Shown here: positions 9,516-17,807 of the stretch, in pieces
How positions within the stretch are numbered: position 1 is the stretch's first letter
How the letters are laid out: each line of letters opens with the position of its first letter
DNA from: Sulfuriferula plumbiphila
GTDB lineage: Bacteria; Pseudomonadota; Gammaproteobacteria; Burkholderiales; Sulfuriferulaceae
Length of the DNA stretch: 40,000 bases
Assembly: GCF_009938015.1 (NCBI RefSeq)
Contig: NZ_AP021884.1
Coordinates: 2,504,585-2,544,584, forward strand
Reading direction: 5' to 3'
Translations under genes and position numbers: made by a program
The notes under the pieces: generated by a model
Told to the model about the DNA's origin: nothing
The model's database searches: none
The model's input: the letters and a program-made list of their open reading frames with translations, nothing else

Positions 9516-10499
9516 TCAGCATGCATGAGTCGTCTCCAGTTGAACCGCATGTATGCCGCGACAGGGTCGCATCTCGGGGAGTAACAACACCCGCTCTGCC
9601 GGATTGCAATCAAGCGCGACCCGTAACCCGGCATAGGATACAGTAGGACGTGGATTCACTTCCAAAACACAGGGGCCGGATGGCGTCTCGATAAGGTCAA
9701 TCCCGACATAACCCCACAATCCGGGCAGGCTGGCCGTCACTTGTGCGGCCAAGCTTGCATAGACGCCATTCTCGTCGGCCAGAGCGTTAACTGTCACCCC
9801 GTCAAACCTGAATTGGTCATCTTGCAGGTCAATATGCTGACGGTTAACCGTCAGCAGCTGGGCGCGACCTTCGCAACATAACAGGGACAGGGAAAGCGCC
9901 TCGCCACCCACATAGGGCTGGAAGATAAAACCTTTTGATTCTTGCTGCATAGCCCAAGATTTGGCTTCATCCAGATGGGTAAAAAACAGCGTCTCTTGAC
10001 ATCCGGCGCCGTCGTCAGGCTTGGCTACCACCGCACCCTCAGCAATCATGAGAAACGGGGCGCTATAGGTCGGTACCACATTAATCCCGGCGGCGGCCAG
10101 ATGCCTTGCCGTGCTGGCTTTGCTTGCTGTAATCCCTATCGCCGTTGGCAGGCAGCCAAGCAGCCGCTTGCCGGCACAGAGAATATCCCGGTTCAGGCAT
10201 TCCAGTATGCCCGCTTCCTCCGGCGCCACAGGCCAAACCGCGTCCGCCATTGCCAGACAATGTCGAAAATCGCTGGCAAAACGCTCAGCATTGGTAGCCG
10301 TAACCACCAGATTCGGCAAATCCGGCCAATCCGGCAGGGCGAGACGATCATCGCGTAGCGTCATCACTTCCACCCCTTCAAGGGATATGAGATCATTCAC
10401 CAACGCCTGCCAAATCAATTCTCCTTCCATCCAAAAGCTTGGGAGTGGTTGTCCGGCAAACCCGCCACCCGTAACGAATTCATAAACAAAAATCTTCAT
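9516..10499 (-). CDS. ATP-grasp domain protein (H4MPT/MFR cluster type; candidate MfnD-like ligase)
   Basis: The internal ATG at 10499 gives MKIFVYEFVTGGGFAG, a typical pre-ATP-grasp N-terminus. AAGGA lies 7 nt upstream. The product is 328 aa. Confidence 0.7.
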   Translation of the reverse strand: MKIFVYEFVTGGGFAGQPLPSFWMEGELIWQALVNDLISLEGVEVMTLRDDRLALPDWPDLPNLVVTATNAERFASDFRHCLAMADAVWPVAPEEAGILECLNRDILCAGKRLLGCLPTAIGITASKASTARHLAAAGINVVPTYSAPFLMIAEGAVVAKPDDGAGCQETLFFTHLDEAKSWAMQQESKGFIFQPYVGGEALSLSLLCCEGRAQLLTVNRQHIDLQDDQFRFDGVTVNALADENGVYASLAAQVTASLPGLWGYVGIDLIETPSGPCVLEVNPRPTVSYAGLRVALDCNPAERVLLLPEMRPCRGIHAVQLETTHAC

Positions 10500-11250
10500 G
10501 CCTGCATCCTTACAGCTGATTCCGGTTCTGGACCTGATGGGCGGCCAAGTGGTACGCGCTCGCGCCGGACTCCGGGACGAGTACCTCCCCCTGCAATCCA
10601 GACTGTGCCAATCTAGCAGACCCGAAGCCGTGGTGGAGGGACTGCTCAGCCTGTTCCCATTTCGCCACTTGTACATAGCGGATCTGGATGCCATCCTCGG
10701 TCAGGGCAGCCACCAGACCACCCTGGAGTCCCTGCGCCGAGCCCATCCGGAGCTGGAATTCTGGGTGGATGCGGGCTTTGCCAATGTAGAGGCCGCCCGT
10801 ATTTGGCAGAGCAAAGGACTGGGTCGGCCGGTATTGGGGAGCGAGAGCCTGTCCGAGGTACCAGCCCGCTCCGTATTCCCTGTCGGCGGTGTGCTTTCCC
10901 TGGATTTCCGGGGCGATGACTTCCTGGGGCCGACCGCCTTGGTACGGGAAGCCGGACACTGGCCATCGGACGTTATTGTCATGACCCTGGCGCGGGTAGG
11001 AATGAGCGAAGGGCCCGATCTGGCCAGGCTGGAGGAGCTGCGACGGTTGGCCCCGGCATGCCGCCTGTACGCAGCAGGAGGGGTGCGTCACGCAGCAGAC
11101 CTGGTGGAACTGACCCAGGCCGGCGCCGCCGGCGTGCTGCTGGCTTCGGCTCTGCACGACGGGGCCATCAGCCGCACCGAGCTTGCCGCGCTTCGTGCCG
11201 GTATACCAGCACCAGGACCGGGGCGTTTCGTACAAGCTAAAATCCACTAG
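10498..11250 (+). CDS. HisA/HisF-family (beta/alpha)8 barrel protein, H4MPT-cluster type
   Basis: LIPVLDLMGGQVVRARAG resembles the HisA N-terminal I-P-A-I-D-L-x-G-G-x-V-R motif. The C-terminal YAAGGVRHAADL ... GVLLASALHDG resembles the phosphate-binding end. An in-frame stop at 10483-10485 forces the start to be at 10498. Confidence 0.7.
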   Translation: MPASLQLIPVLDLMGGQVVRARAGLRDEYLPLQSRLCQSSRPEAVVEGLLSLFPFRHLYIADLDAILGQGSHQTTLESLRRAHPELEFWVDAGFANVEAARIWQSKGLGRPVLGSESLSEVPARSVFPVGGVLSLDFRGDDFLGPTALVREAGHWPSDVIVMTLARVGMSEGPDLARLEELRRLAPACRLYAAGGVRHAADLVELTQAGAAGVLLASALHDGAISRTELAALRAGIPAPGPGRFVQAKIH

Positions 11251-11663
11251 GTCGGGCATGAAATCGATGAGCGGCTCCCATATTGTGAAGTGGAACGCCG
11301 GGTCAACTCCGGCCCGACGCAATTCGGGGTATGGTGGCCGAAATGCACCACCACAAGGGCGCTTCTCACCCGCTTGCGATAGGTGTAGTGCGGGCAGCCC
11401 ACGGCCGGCAATGGGATGATCTGACCAGCCACCGCCACGTGCCGTGCGCAGCGTCCGCAATGCAGCTTGCTGTACCTGGCGAGGTAATCGGTGAACCAGG
11501 GGACGGATTCGAACACCACGGCTTTGCTCACCGTGTCTTCCGGAGCCTCCAGGTGAAAGCGGGACCAGACGACTGCCATGACTTCCAGGCCGTCGAGCAG
11601 GCGTACGGCACCGGCCTGGGTCAGGCTGTGCAACAGGGGCGCACCCGCCGCCAGGAACTGCAT
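11247..11663 (-). CDS. hypothetical protein, 138 aa, Cys/His-rich
   Basis: The strong G/C third-position bias typical of this genome holds through about the first 115 codons. An in-frame stop 5 codons upstream fixes a unique ATG. I recognise no family. Confidence 0.45.
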   Translation of the reverse strand: MQFLAAGAPLLHSLTQAGAVRLLDGLEVMAVVWSRFHLEAPEDTVSKAVVFESVPWFTDYLARYSKLHCGRCARHVAVAGQIIPLPAVGCPHYTYRKRVRSALVVVHFGHHTPNCVGPELTRRSTSQYGSRSSISCPT

Positions 11664-11810
11664 AGCAAGCTCGTGGCCTCACAATAAAAATTCGCGCTGT
11701 CTCCTCGGCCTCATCTGTCAAGGCGAAGGGCAGGAACGGATAGCCGCCATACCGTGTGGTGGCATGGGCCAGATAAGTCGCATATTTCAAGCATTGTGTC
11801 GTTAGTGACA

Positions 11811-11866
11811 CCCTGGCGGATAGCCAGGGGTCAACTAATGGAGGCGCCCTGGCGGATAGCCAGGGG
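11811..11866. repeat. two direct copies of a 20-nt palindromic (REP-like) element CCCTGGCGGATAGCCAGGGG
   Basis: Exact copies lie at 11811-11830 and 11847-11866. Each forms a 7-bp stem (CCCTGGC/GCCAGGG) with a 5-nt loop. Confidence 0.65.
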
Positions 11867-12295
11867 CCAACCAGATAATGTTGCAGGATGCTTAACCGGC
11901 TATTCGCCCCGACCCGGTGGATACCGGGTACATCATGGCGAAGCCGGAAACCATAGGGAACGAGAGGTGCCATATCCCGCAACAATGGATCGAGGCAAAC
12001 TGCTTTGCCTTTCACAAGGCAAAGCGAGCAGCCTTCGTCCCGTATCCCGCTGGCCAGATTCAAGCCTGCAAGAAACCTTCGTACTGTTTCGTCAGGCACA
12101 GTAGCAGGCATTAACGGAAGCCCAGCCATCATTTCAACTATCCCAACCCTTGCCCCAACAGCTCGATGGGCTTGGCGTAATGCAAGGCATATTTCTGGAG
12201 GATGTGAACACTACAAACGTAAAGATGCTTAATGTGGAGAGATACATCACTGTGGCTCCGCATTTCTGGCAACATAGTCCCTCCCTCTCCTTATC

Positions 12296-12808
12296 TTAGA
12301 TGTGGGCTGCGAAGGGGTGGCCTGCGCTGCCCTTCTTGGCCACAACGTCCGCAGCCGTGGGTATGCCGGAAATGGCGTTCTTGATGGACTGCTTGGTGGC
12401 TTCGTAGTTGTAGTCCTGAATCTTGGCGTTGTCCGCCGCTTCCCAGTGGATGAACACGCCCACACAGATAAAGACATTGTCGGCTTCGTTGGCAGGAATG
12501 GTCCCATCTTCGACACAATCCGCTACTGCCATGGCCACGCCGCGCTGGGCCGGGCCGAACATCTGCACGGCTTGCGTTGCGCCCTTGATGGTGACTTTGT
12601 TGAACATCATGGTGTTGGGTTTGGTGGGCAGATTGGGCGCCACTATCGCCAGCAGGGAAGAATGACCCTCCTTGTTGTTGATCAGACCATTACAGAAGGC
12701 CATTTCTACAGCGCTGCCACGTGGCCCCATGATCAGGTCGATATGAGCCACTTCGTTGCCCTCACCCACCAGGGCCTCGCCCACCATTACGCGATCGATC
12801 TTTGCCAT
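12296..12808 (-). CDS. fae: formaldehyde-activating enzyme (5,6,7,8-tetrahydromethanopterin hydro-lyase)
   Basis: The 170-aa product [32 protein letters not shown] ... is a very characteristic Fae sequence. The start at 12808 has AAGGAGAG upstream. Confidence 0.92.
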   Translation of the reverse strand: MAKIDRVMVGEALVGEGNEVAHIDLIMGPRGSAVEMAFCNGLINNKEGHSSLLAIVAPNLPTKPNTMMFNKVTIKGATQAVQMFGPAQRGVAMAVADCVEDGTIPANEADNVFICVGVFIHWEAADNAKIQDYNYEATKQSIKNAISGIPTAADVVAKKGSAGHPFAAHI

Positions 12809-12969
12809 AATTAATTCTCTCCTTGAATTGCACAGACTCGGTTGGATTAGAGTGGCTCGCCAGCGCCGAGTCATTCGTTGGCTGACCACTTGTTTCAAGC
12901 CCTAACAGGCATTTCAAAATATCGAATATCCTGGACGCCTCCTTTGGGCTGGTTTGAAGACAATACTTC

Positions 12970-13833
12970 TTAACCGTGCGTCAGCCGGTCTGCCAGCCAG
13001 GTGGCCACGGTCAGATCAGCGCTGGTGCCGGGGTTGATCGAGGTCAATTTGAGCTCATGATCCAGCGCTTCCAGGTGGCTCCGAACATCGGCCCAATCGG
13101 AACAGCGCGCTATGTTTGCAATACAGGTCCGGGTCATTTGGCGAACCTGTTCGGCTGTATCCGGACCGTATTTGCGCAATACATGGCTATCAGGGAAGTC
13201 CGCCAGGTAACCGAGGTAAACAGTCGTCACTGCCTCTGCCTCGCCACCCCAGCGGGCTCGTCCCTGCCGCAGCCTGACCATGCCCATGCCGAAGATGTCG
13301 GCGTAAGTACTGGCATACTGGTGGGCGATGCGGTCCCACCGCGCAGCTTCCTGCATGGCAACTAACAGGGTTACCGTAGGCGTGGTGTGGACATCGTGGC
13401 GTGTAGGCTCACCCAGCCCGCCGGGTGCGGCCAGGCAGATGGCACGATAAACCCAATCCGCGTCTTCCTGAGTTAATCCGGACAAGCTGAGGTACAGGCG
13501 TTGAGCCAGTGTCTCACCCGGCAAGCGGTGCTGGGCGGCGTGTATGAGAGGGACGGCCAGCAGCACGATACCCAGGTTGGTATTGCATGCCACTGCTTGG
13601 CGAGTGGCCTCGATGGCGCGGTATACACGCTCTCCCACCCCCAGCATCCGGTCTGCCACGTGGGGCGCGGCTACCCGGGCACTAACCACGAAGTCCTGCG
13701 CGGTCATGCCGTGGCCAGGGGAATCCATGCTTACGTTACCGGGTTTGAAGGCGAGGACATCCAGTTCGCAGGCCGCCCGAAACGCATCCGAGGCGGCCAG
13801 AATATCGGGCTGCAGTGCCATGGGCGAATTCAT
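12970..13833 (-). CDS. triphosphoribosyl-dephospho-CoA synthase (CitG/MdcB)-like protein of the H4MPT cluster
   Basis: The product is 287 aa with LAFKPGNVS ... NTNLGIVLL motifs as in CitG-family proteins. It has an ATGA overlap with the upstream RimK-like gene. Confidence 0.75.
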   Translation of the reverse strand: MNSPMALQPDILAASDAFRAACELDVLAFKPGNVSMDSPGHGMTAQDFVVSARVAAPHVADRMLGVGERVYRAIEATRQAVACNTNLGIVLLAVPLIHAAQHRLPGETLAQRLYLSLSGLTQEDADWVYRAICLAAPGGLGEPTRHDVHTTPTVTLLVAMQEAARWDRIAHQYASTYADIFGMGMVRLRQGRARWGGEAEAVTTVYLGYLADFPDSHVLRKYGPDTAEQVRQMTRTCIANIARCSDWADVRSHLEALDHELKLTSINPGTSADLTVATWLADRLTHG

Positions 13834-14744
13834 GCGAAGTGCTCCTGGAGCGGCTTGATCACGTGTCGGTCAAGAAAGTCGTCCACCAGCATGCCGGCAA
13901 TGTCCGCCTCCACCACGGACTGCAAGCCCAACCAGGCAGGAATGCTGTTTACCTCCAGCACAGTGAGGTGGCCTTCCCGGTCGCGAATCATATCGACTCC
14001 CGCGTAATCCATATCAAGTGCGTGGGTTGCTGCCTCGGCCAGACGGAACAGCATCGAATCCTCCGGGGCGGGCAGACAAGCGGCACCCTGAGCTACGTTG
14101 TTGATCCAGCCCGTCCCCCTGCGGGTCATGGCGGCCCGGCTGGTACCGCCGATGACCAGCACGCGGTAGTCCTCCCCTGCCCCCGCCTCCGCACCCACGT
14201 AACGCTGAAGGTAATATAGTCCCTGGTAATCCTCCACCGGGGGCAGGTCGCCGGGATGGGCCAAGCGCCGCAACCCTGTCCCTTGGGAGCCGAATAGGGG
14301 CTTAAGCACAAGTTCGTGACCTCGAGCCACTTCGCGCATCAGGAGCGCGCGGGCCTGCGTTTCCGACTCCAGTACCCAGGTAAGCGGTGTGGAGACGTCT
14401 GCCTGCTTCAGCAGCAGGCTGGTCATGGCCTTGTCCACGCTCTTCTCGATGGCCCGCGCCGAGTTGTAGACCGGTACGCCGATAGCCGGCAGCACATGCA
14501 GGAAATCCAGACGCAGGATCACTTGCTCCAGCGTGCCGCCGGGCACGCCGCGTACGAATACCCCGTCCGGCAAACGATCCTCGAAGCCCGGCAAGACCAC
14601 GCCGCCGATGCCTTCTTCCAAGTCCACCCTGCAATCCATTAATGACAGATAAACTGCCTCGTAGCCCCGCGCCGCGAAGGCCTGTTTAAGACGCTTGCCG
14701 TGCCAGCCGGGGTCGTCAGTAAAAATTGCAATGCGCCCGTTCAT
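13830..14744 (-). CDS. RimK-family ATP-grasp alpha-L-glutamate ligase (tetrahydromethanopterin:glutamate ligase type)
   Basis: MNGRIAIFTDDPGWHGKRL ... LVLKPLFGSQGTGLRR ... LEVNSIPAW are RimK-like motifs. It has an ATGA overlap with mch. Confidence 0.8.
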   Translation of the reverse strand: MNGRIAIFTDDPGWHGKRLKQAFAARGYEAVYLSLMDCRVDLEEGIGGVVLPGFEDRLPDGVFVRGVPGGTLEQVILRLDFLHVLPAIGVPVYNSARAIEKSVDKAMTSLLLKQADVSTPLTWVLESETQARALLMREVARGHELVLKPLFGSQGTGLRRLAHPGDLPPVEDYQGLYYLQRYVGAEAGAGEDYRVLVIGGTSRAAMTRRGTGWINNVAQGAACLPAPEDSMLFRLAEAATHALDMDYAGVDMIRDREGHLTVLEVNSIPAWLGLQSVVEADIAGMLVDDFLDRHVIKPLQEHFA

Positions 14745-15709
14745 GTAAAGGAACGCTCCAGCAAGTCTGCGTTGAGCTGTCCCGCCCGGAAACTGCGGCC
14801 GGTGGTCAGGCAGGTGACCGTTACCTGGGCAGGGGCGAACAACAGGGGATCTATCTTATAAAAGTCGTGGTCTGCCGCCTTGAACACCTGGGCAAAGGGC
14901 TGCCCATAGTCGGCGGAGGCCTCGCTGGGCAGGCGTCGGGCCAGATCCTCGGCGGCTGCCTGTTCGCCACTGACGAACAGGTGGACCCGGCTGCCAAACA
15001 GGATGGCGTCGTTGGTACGGCCCATGGCGGTGAGAAAGTCAGGCGCGGGCGGACAGACTGGTGCCGTGCCCATACCATCGACAATGTGATCCAGCGGGAA
15101 GCCGAGGAAATGAGCCTTGTGCAGAGCCACCTCCAGCACCCGGGCAACCACCTGCACGCTACCGGCCAGGCTGGAGGTGGGCGTCAGGATCAGGGTGAGA
15201 CTTTCCGGCGGTATGCCACACTGGTCCGCGATCTTGTCCAGAAGAGGTAAAGGCGGCGTTTTGTCGGTTTCCAGCACCAGGCAAGTGGAAGCAGCCGTAT
15301 CACGATAGCCCATTTCCCGGAACAGCTCTTCCTTATAGGCCAGGGCACGCCCGGGGCCTGAACCCATGGCGAAGAAGGATCCCTTGCCTTCGCCATGAAC
15401 CAAGATCCAGCCCGCGTATTGGCTGCCCAGGCAGGCCAGCACTGGCTGGGCGGTTGAAACCGCCAATTCCCAAGCCCAGGCGGCGTCGGCTCCGGCGGGT
15501 ACCAGGCTCACCCGTCCCAAGCCGCCCAGACATATCTCGGCAATGCGCCGGCCCGCCTCGATGCCGCCGGCAACCTGGATGCCCGCGTCCACGATGCGTA
15601 CGCCGTTGTCCTGGCGAGCCACGGCTAGGCGCAACTGGGGTGCTTCTTCCACCAGGCGTTCTACCAGGGGCGCAGTGAGTTGGTTGATGCTGATAATCAT
15701 GTCAGTCAT
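14741..15709 (-). CDS. mch: methenyltetrahydromethanopterin cyclohydrolase
   Basis: The product is 322 aa. INQLTAPLVERLVEEA ... IVDAGIQVAGGIEAGRRIAEICLGGLG is typical of Mch. It occupies the conserved position between the ATP-grasp and RimK-like genes. Confidence 0.9.
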   Translation of the reverse strand: MTDMIISINQLTAPLVERLVEEAPQLRLAVARQDNGVRIVDAGIQVAGGIEAGRRIAEICLGGLGRVSLVPAGADAAWAWELAVSTAQPVLACLGSQYAGWILVHGEGKGSFFAMGSGPGRALAYKEELFREMGYRDTAASTCLVLETDKTPPLPLLDKIADQCGIPPESLTLILTPTSSLAGSVQVVARVLEVALHKAHFLGFPLDHIVDGMGTAPVCPPAPDFLTAMGRTNDAILFGSRVHLFVSGEQAAAEDLARRLPSEASADYGQPFAQVFKAADHDFYKIDPLLFAPAQVTVTCLTTGRSFRAGQLNADLLERSFT

Positions 15710-15712
15710 TTT

Positions 15713-16885
15713 TCAGGCCACGGCTGCTTGGGTTTCGTGCCTTGGCGGGTGATCATTGTCGCCAGGACGGAAAACAGCCAACCGGTCGAGGATCGTTTGG
15801 CGCCGCTCCAGGGCTTGCTGCTCGACCTCGGTCACGTCCGCACCTTCGGCGTGGACTGTGCAGACCGGCTCACCCATCTGCATGACGCAGCCCACTTGGG
15901 GCAGATCCGCGCTCCAGTTCGGCCAGGGGAAGGAAGCAGGCACACACATTGTGGTTTCCGCATAAGTCACTGCCACCGCCATGGCGCCCTCGGGCTGCGG
16001 CAGCCCCACTGGTAGCCGACCGAGGCAGGCCTGCATGTGGAGATCAAACAAGGGCGGTACGGGTGGCACATCCCATAGCTCAAGCGTGGCGGTAGGCCGA
16101 GGGTTGAGTTCCAGTAGCGTCCATCCCGTGTCCGTGATGATGAAATCCAGGCCATTCAGACCTTTGAGACCGAGGTTGCAGGTCAGGGCTCGGGCTGCGT
16201 CCACCACTGCCTCGCCAATCAGGGCCGGAGCCTGAACCTGGCGTATGGCGCCGGCATAGCTCCAAGGGCCGGGCGCCTGAGGTGGAGTCAGAAGGGCGCG
16301 GTTGAATCCCACCGGGCAAACCCCGTGTCCGTTGGCCAGAAACAGCAGTGACCAGTTCTCACCCGACACGGCGCGTTGGAAATAGCGGCCCGCTTCATCG
16401 CCGGTTTGGGTCGATGCCGAACGTACATGAGTTCCGCCGCTGGCACCGGCTTTCTTGCTTAGCCAGCCGACATGAGGAGTCGGGCGTTGCGCTCTCACTT
16501 GTGGATGGGGAATGCCGAGCTGATCCAGCAGGGCAAAGAATCTGGTCGGGTTCGCCACAGTTTCCAGCACCGCGGGGGTATTGCCCAACAGTGGCCGGCT
16601 CTCGGCCAGGCGCCGCAACAGATCCGGCCGGGCTTCGAAGCCCGAGCCATATACCAGCCCGAGACAGCGATCTTTGGGGCAGATCGCCTCTGCCGCCGCC
16701 AGCATGGCCGCCGGTTGCACATTCCAGTCAGGGTCCAGGGGTACCCGGGCCCATTCCCGGGCGAGACTGCAGGTATCCCGGTCGGCAAACGCATCCACTC
16801 CGACGGCGCGCCGGCCTGAACGAGCCGCCGCCTGTGCCAGAATGCGCCCGGATAGAGAAACAATAAGAAAAGCTTTATCGGGCAT
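15713..16885 (-). CDS. ATP-grasp domain protein (conserved H4MPT-cluster gene between mtdB and mch)
   Basis: The internal ATG at 16885 gives MPDKAFLIVSLSGRILAQAAARSG. The C-terminal half has ATP-grasp-like GLNGLDFII ... LLELNPRP. It overlaps the mtdB stop by 11 nt. The upstream part of the listed ORF is antisense to mtdB. Confidence 0.7.
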   Translation of the reverse strand: MPDKAFLIVSLSGRILAQAAARSGRRAVGVDAFADRDTCSLAREWARVPLDPDWNVQPAAMLAAAEAICPKDRCLGLVYGSGFEARPDLLRRLAESRPLLGNTPAVLETVANPTRFFALLDQLGIPHPQVRAQRPTPHVGWLSKKAGASGGTHVRSASTQTGDEAGRYFQRAVSGENWSLLFLANGHGVCPVGFNRALLTPPQAPGPWSYAGAIRQVQAPALIGEAVVDAARALTCNLGLKGLNGLDFIITDTGWTLLELNPRPTATLELWDVPPVPPLFDLHMQACLGRLPVGLPQPEGAMAVAVTYAETTMCVPASFPWPNWSADLPQVGCVMQMGEPVCTVHAEGADVTEVEQQALERRQTILDRLAVFRPGDNDHPPRHETQAAVA

Positions 16886-17777
16886 GCCGGCAGGCCTCTT
16901 CCAGACAGTCGGCAAAACCCAGATACAAGGGACTGTCAGCTCCCCGCATCGCTTGTAATAAAGCTTGTTGAACCTTGTATTTGACGTTACCGATAGCCAA
17001 AGGGCCAATACCCACGGCCCGGCCAGAGCCGGCAGAAAGATGTGCGGCATCGTCCATGACACCGATACCCGCCACACCGGCAGGTGGCACAGCATTGATG
17101 TCCGCTGCCACCAGCAGTTTGGAAGCCAAAGCAAGATGTTCAGCGGAGAGCACCTGCACCCCGGCCTTGGCGGTGGCGAGGATAATTTCTGCGTCAGCCA
17201 GTAACGCCACTTTACTTATCTCGGAATGGGTGTCAGCCGGGCGCACGACTATGCCGAAACGGGCATTGATGGTCTCGGTAACAGCCACAGCCCGAGCCAG
17301 GCCGTCATGGCTAGTGATGGTGACCTCGGCCCCCGCTTGCGCCGCCAACACCGCCACAATCTTGCCCACCGGGCCGGTACCTCCGAATACCACCACCTGG
17401 CGACCTGTCAAGCTTAAACCGTGAACCTTAGCCAAGGATTGTTCCACCTTGGCCAGCATGGCCGCTGCCGTAGTGTAGGCGCCGCTGGGGTCAGCGAAGA
17501 CGGAAACCTGGAAGGGCGGCACCATAGCCTTGCGAGCCGCATCCAGCATGTCAGTAGCGAGCACTGCATCGCGTCCGCCGATGAAAATGCCCGTATGCTT
17601 CACCCCCTTAGCCCCCCTGGAAAAGATGACATCCTGGGTAAAATTGGCTATCTCTTCCAAGCCTACGCCCGCATAGGGAATCACCGCATCCCAGCCGGCA
17701 TCGTAGGCCATGTTCACATCGAAGGGGCTGACACGTTCGCCCGGTGTGGCGAAGTGCAGTAAATAGGGTTTCTCCAT
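16875..17777 (-). CDS. mtdB: NAD(P)-dependent methylene-tetrahydromethanopterin dehydrogenase
   Basis: The product is 300 aa, MEKPYLLHFATPGERVSPFDVNMAYDAGWDAVIPY ... with the Rossmann loop VVFGGTGPVG. This matches the MtdA/MtdB family, and the context favours mtdB. Confidence 0.88.
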   Translation of the reverse strand: MEKPYLLHFATPGERVSPFDVNMAYDAGWDAVIPYAGVGLEEIANFTQDVIFSRGAKGVKHTGIFIGGRDAVLATDMLDAARKAMVPPFQVSVFADPSGAYTTAAAMLAKVEQSLAKVHGLSLTGRQVVVFGGTGPVGKIVAVLAAQAGAEVTITSHDGLARAVAVTETINARFGIVVRPADTHSEISKVALLADAEIILATAKAGVQVLSAEHLALASKLLVAADINAVPPAGVAGIGVMDDAAHLSAGSGRAVGIGPLAIGNVKYKVQQALLQAMRGADSPLYLGFADCLEEACRHAR

Positions 17778-17807
17778 CGTTATCCTCGTAATTCTGTTTT
17801 TGATTTT

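Noticed and set aside
10593-10610. TGGCAC ... TTGC on the minus strand inside the HisA-like gene, a possible sigma-54 promoter for the ATP-grasp gene
   Set aside because: The spacing is TGGCAC-N8-TTGC (GG to GC = 15 nt instead of 12). Sigma-54 promoters do not tolerate this, so it is probably a chance match.
10510-12132. 540-aa ORF on the minus strand, the longest in this part of the window
   Set aside because: - Its 3' two-thirds are antisense to the well-supported HisA-like gene and out of frame with the codon-biased 138-aa ORF.
- It reads through two identical REP-like hairpins.
- Its third-position composition is not genome-typical and its translation is low-complexity (Arg/Pro/Gly rich).
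- I treat it as a shadow ORF of a GC-rich region.
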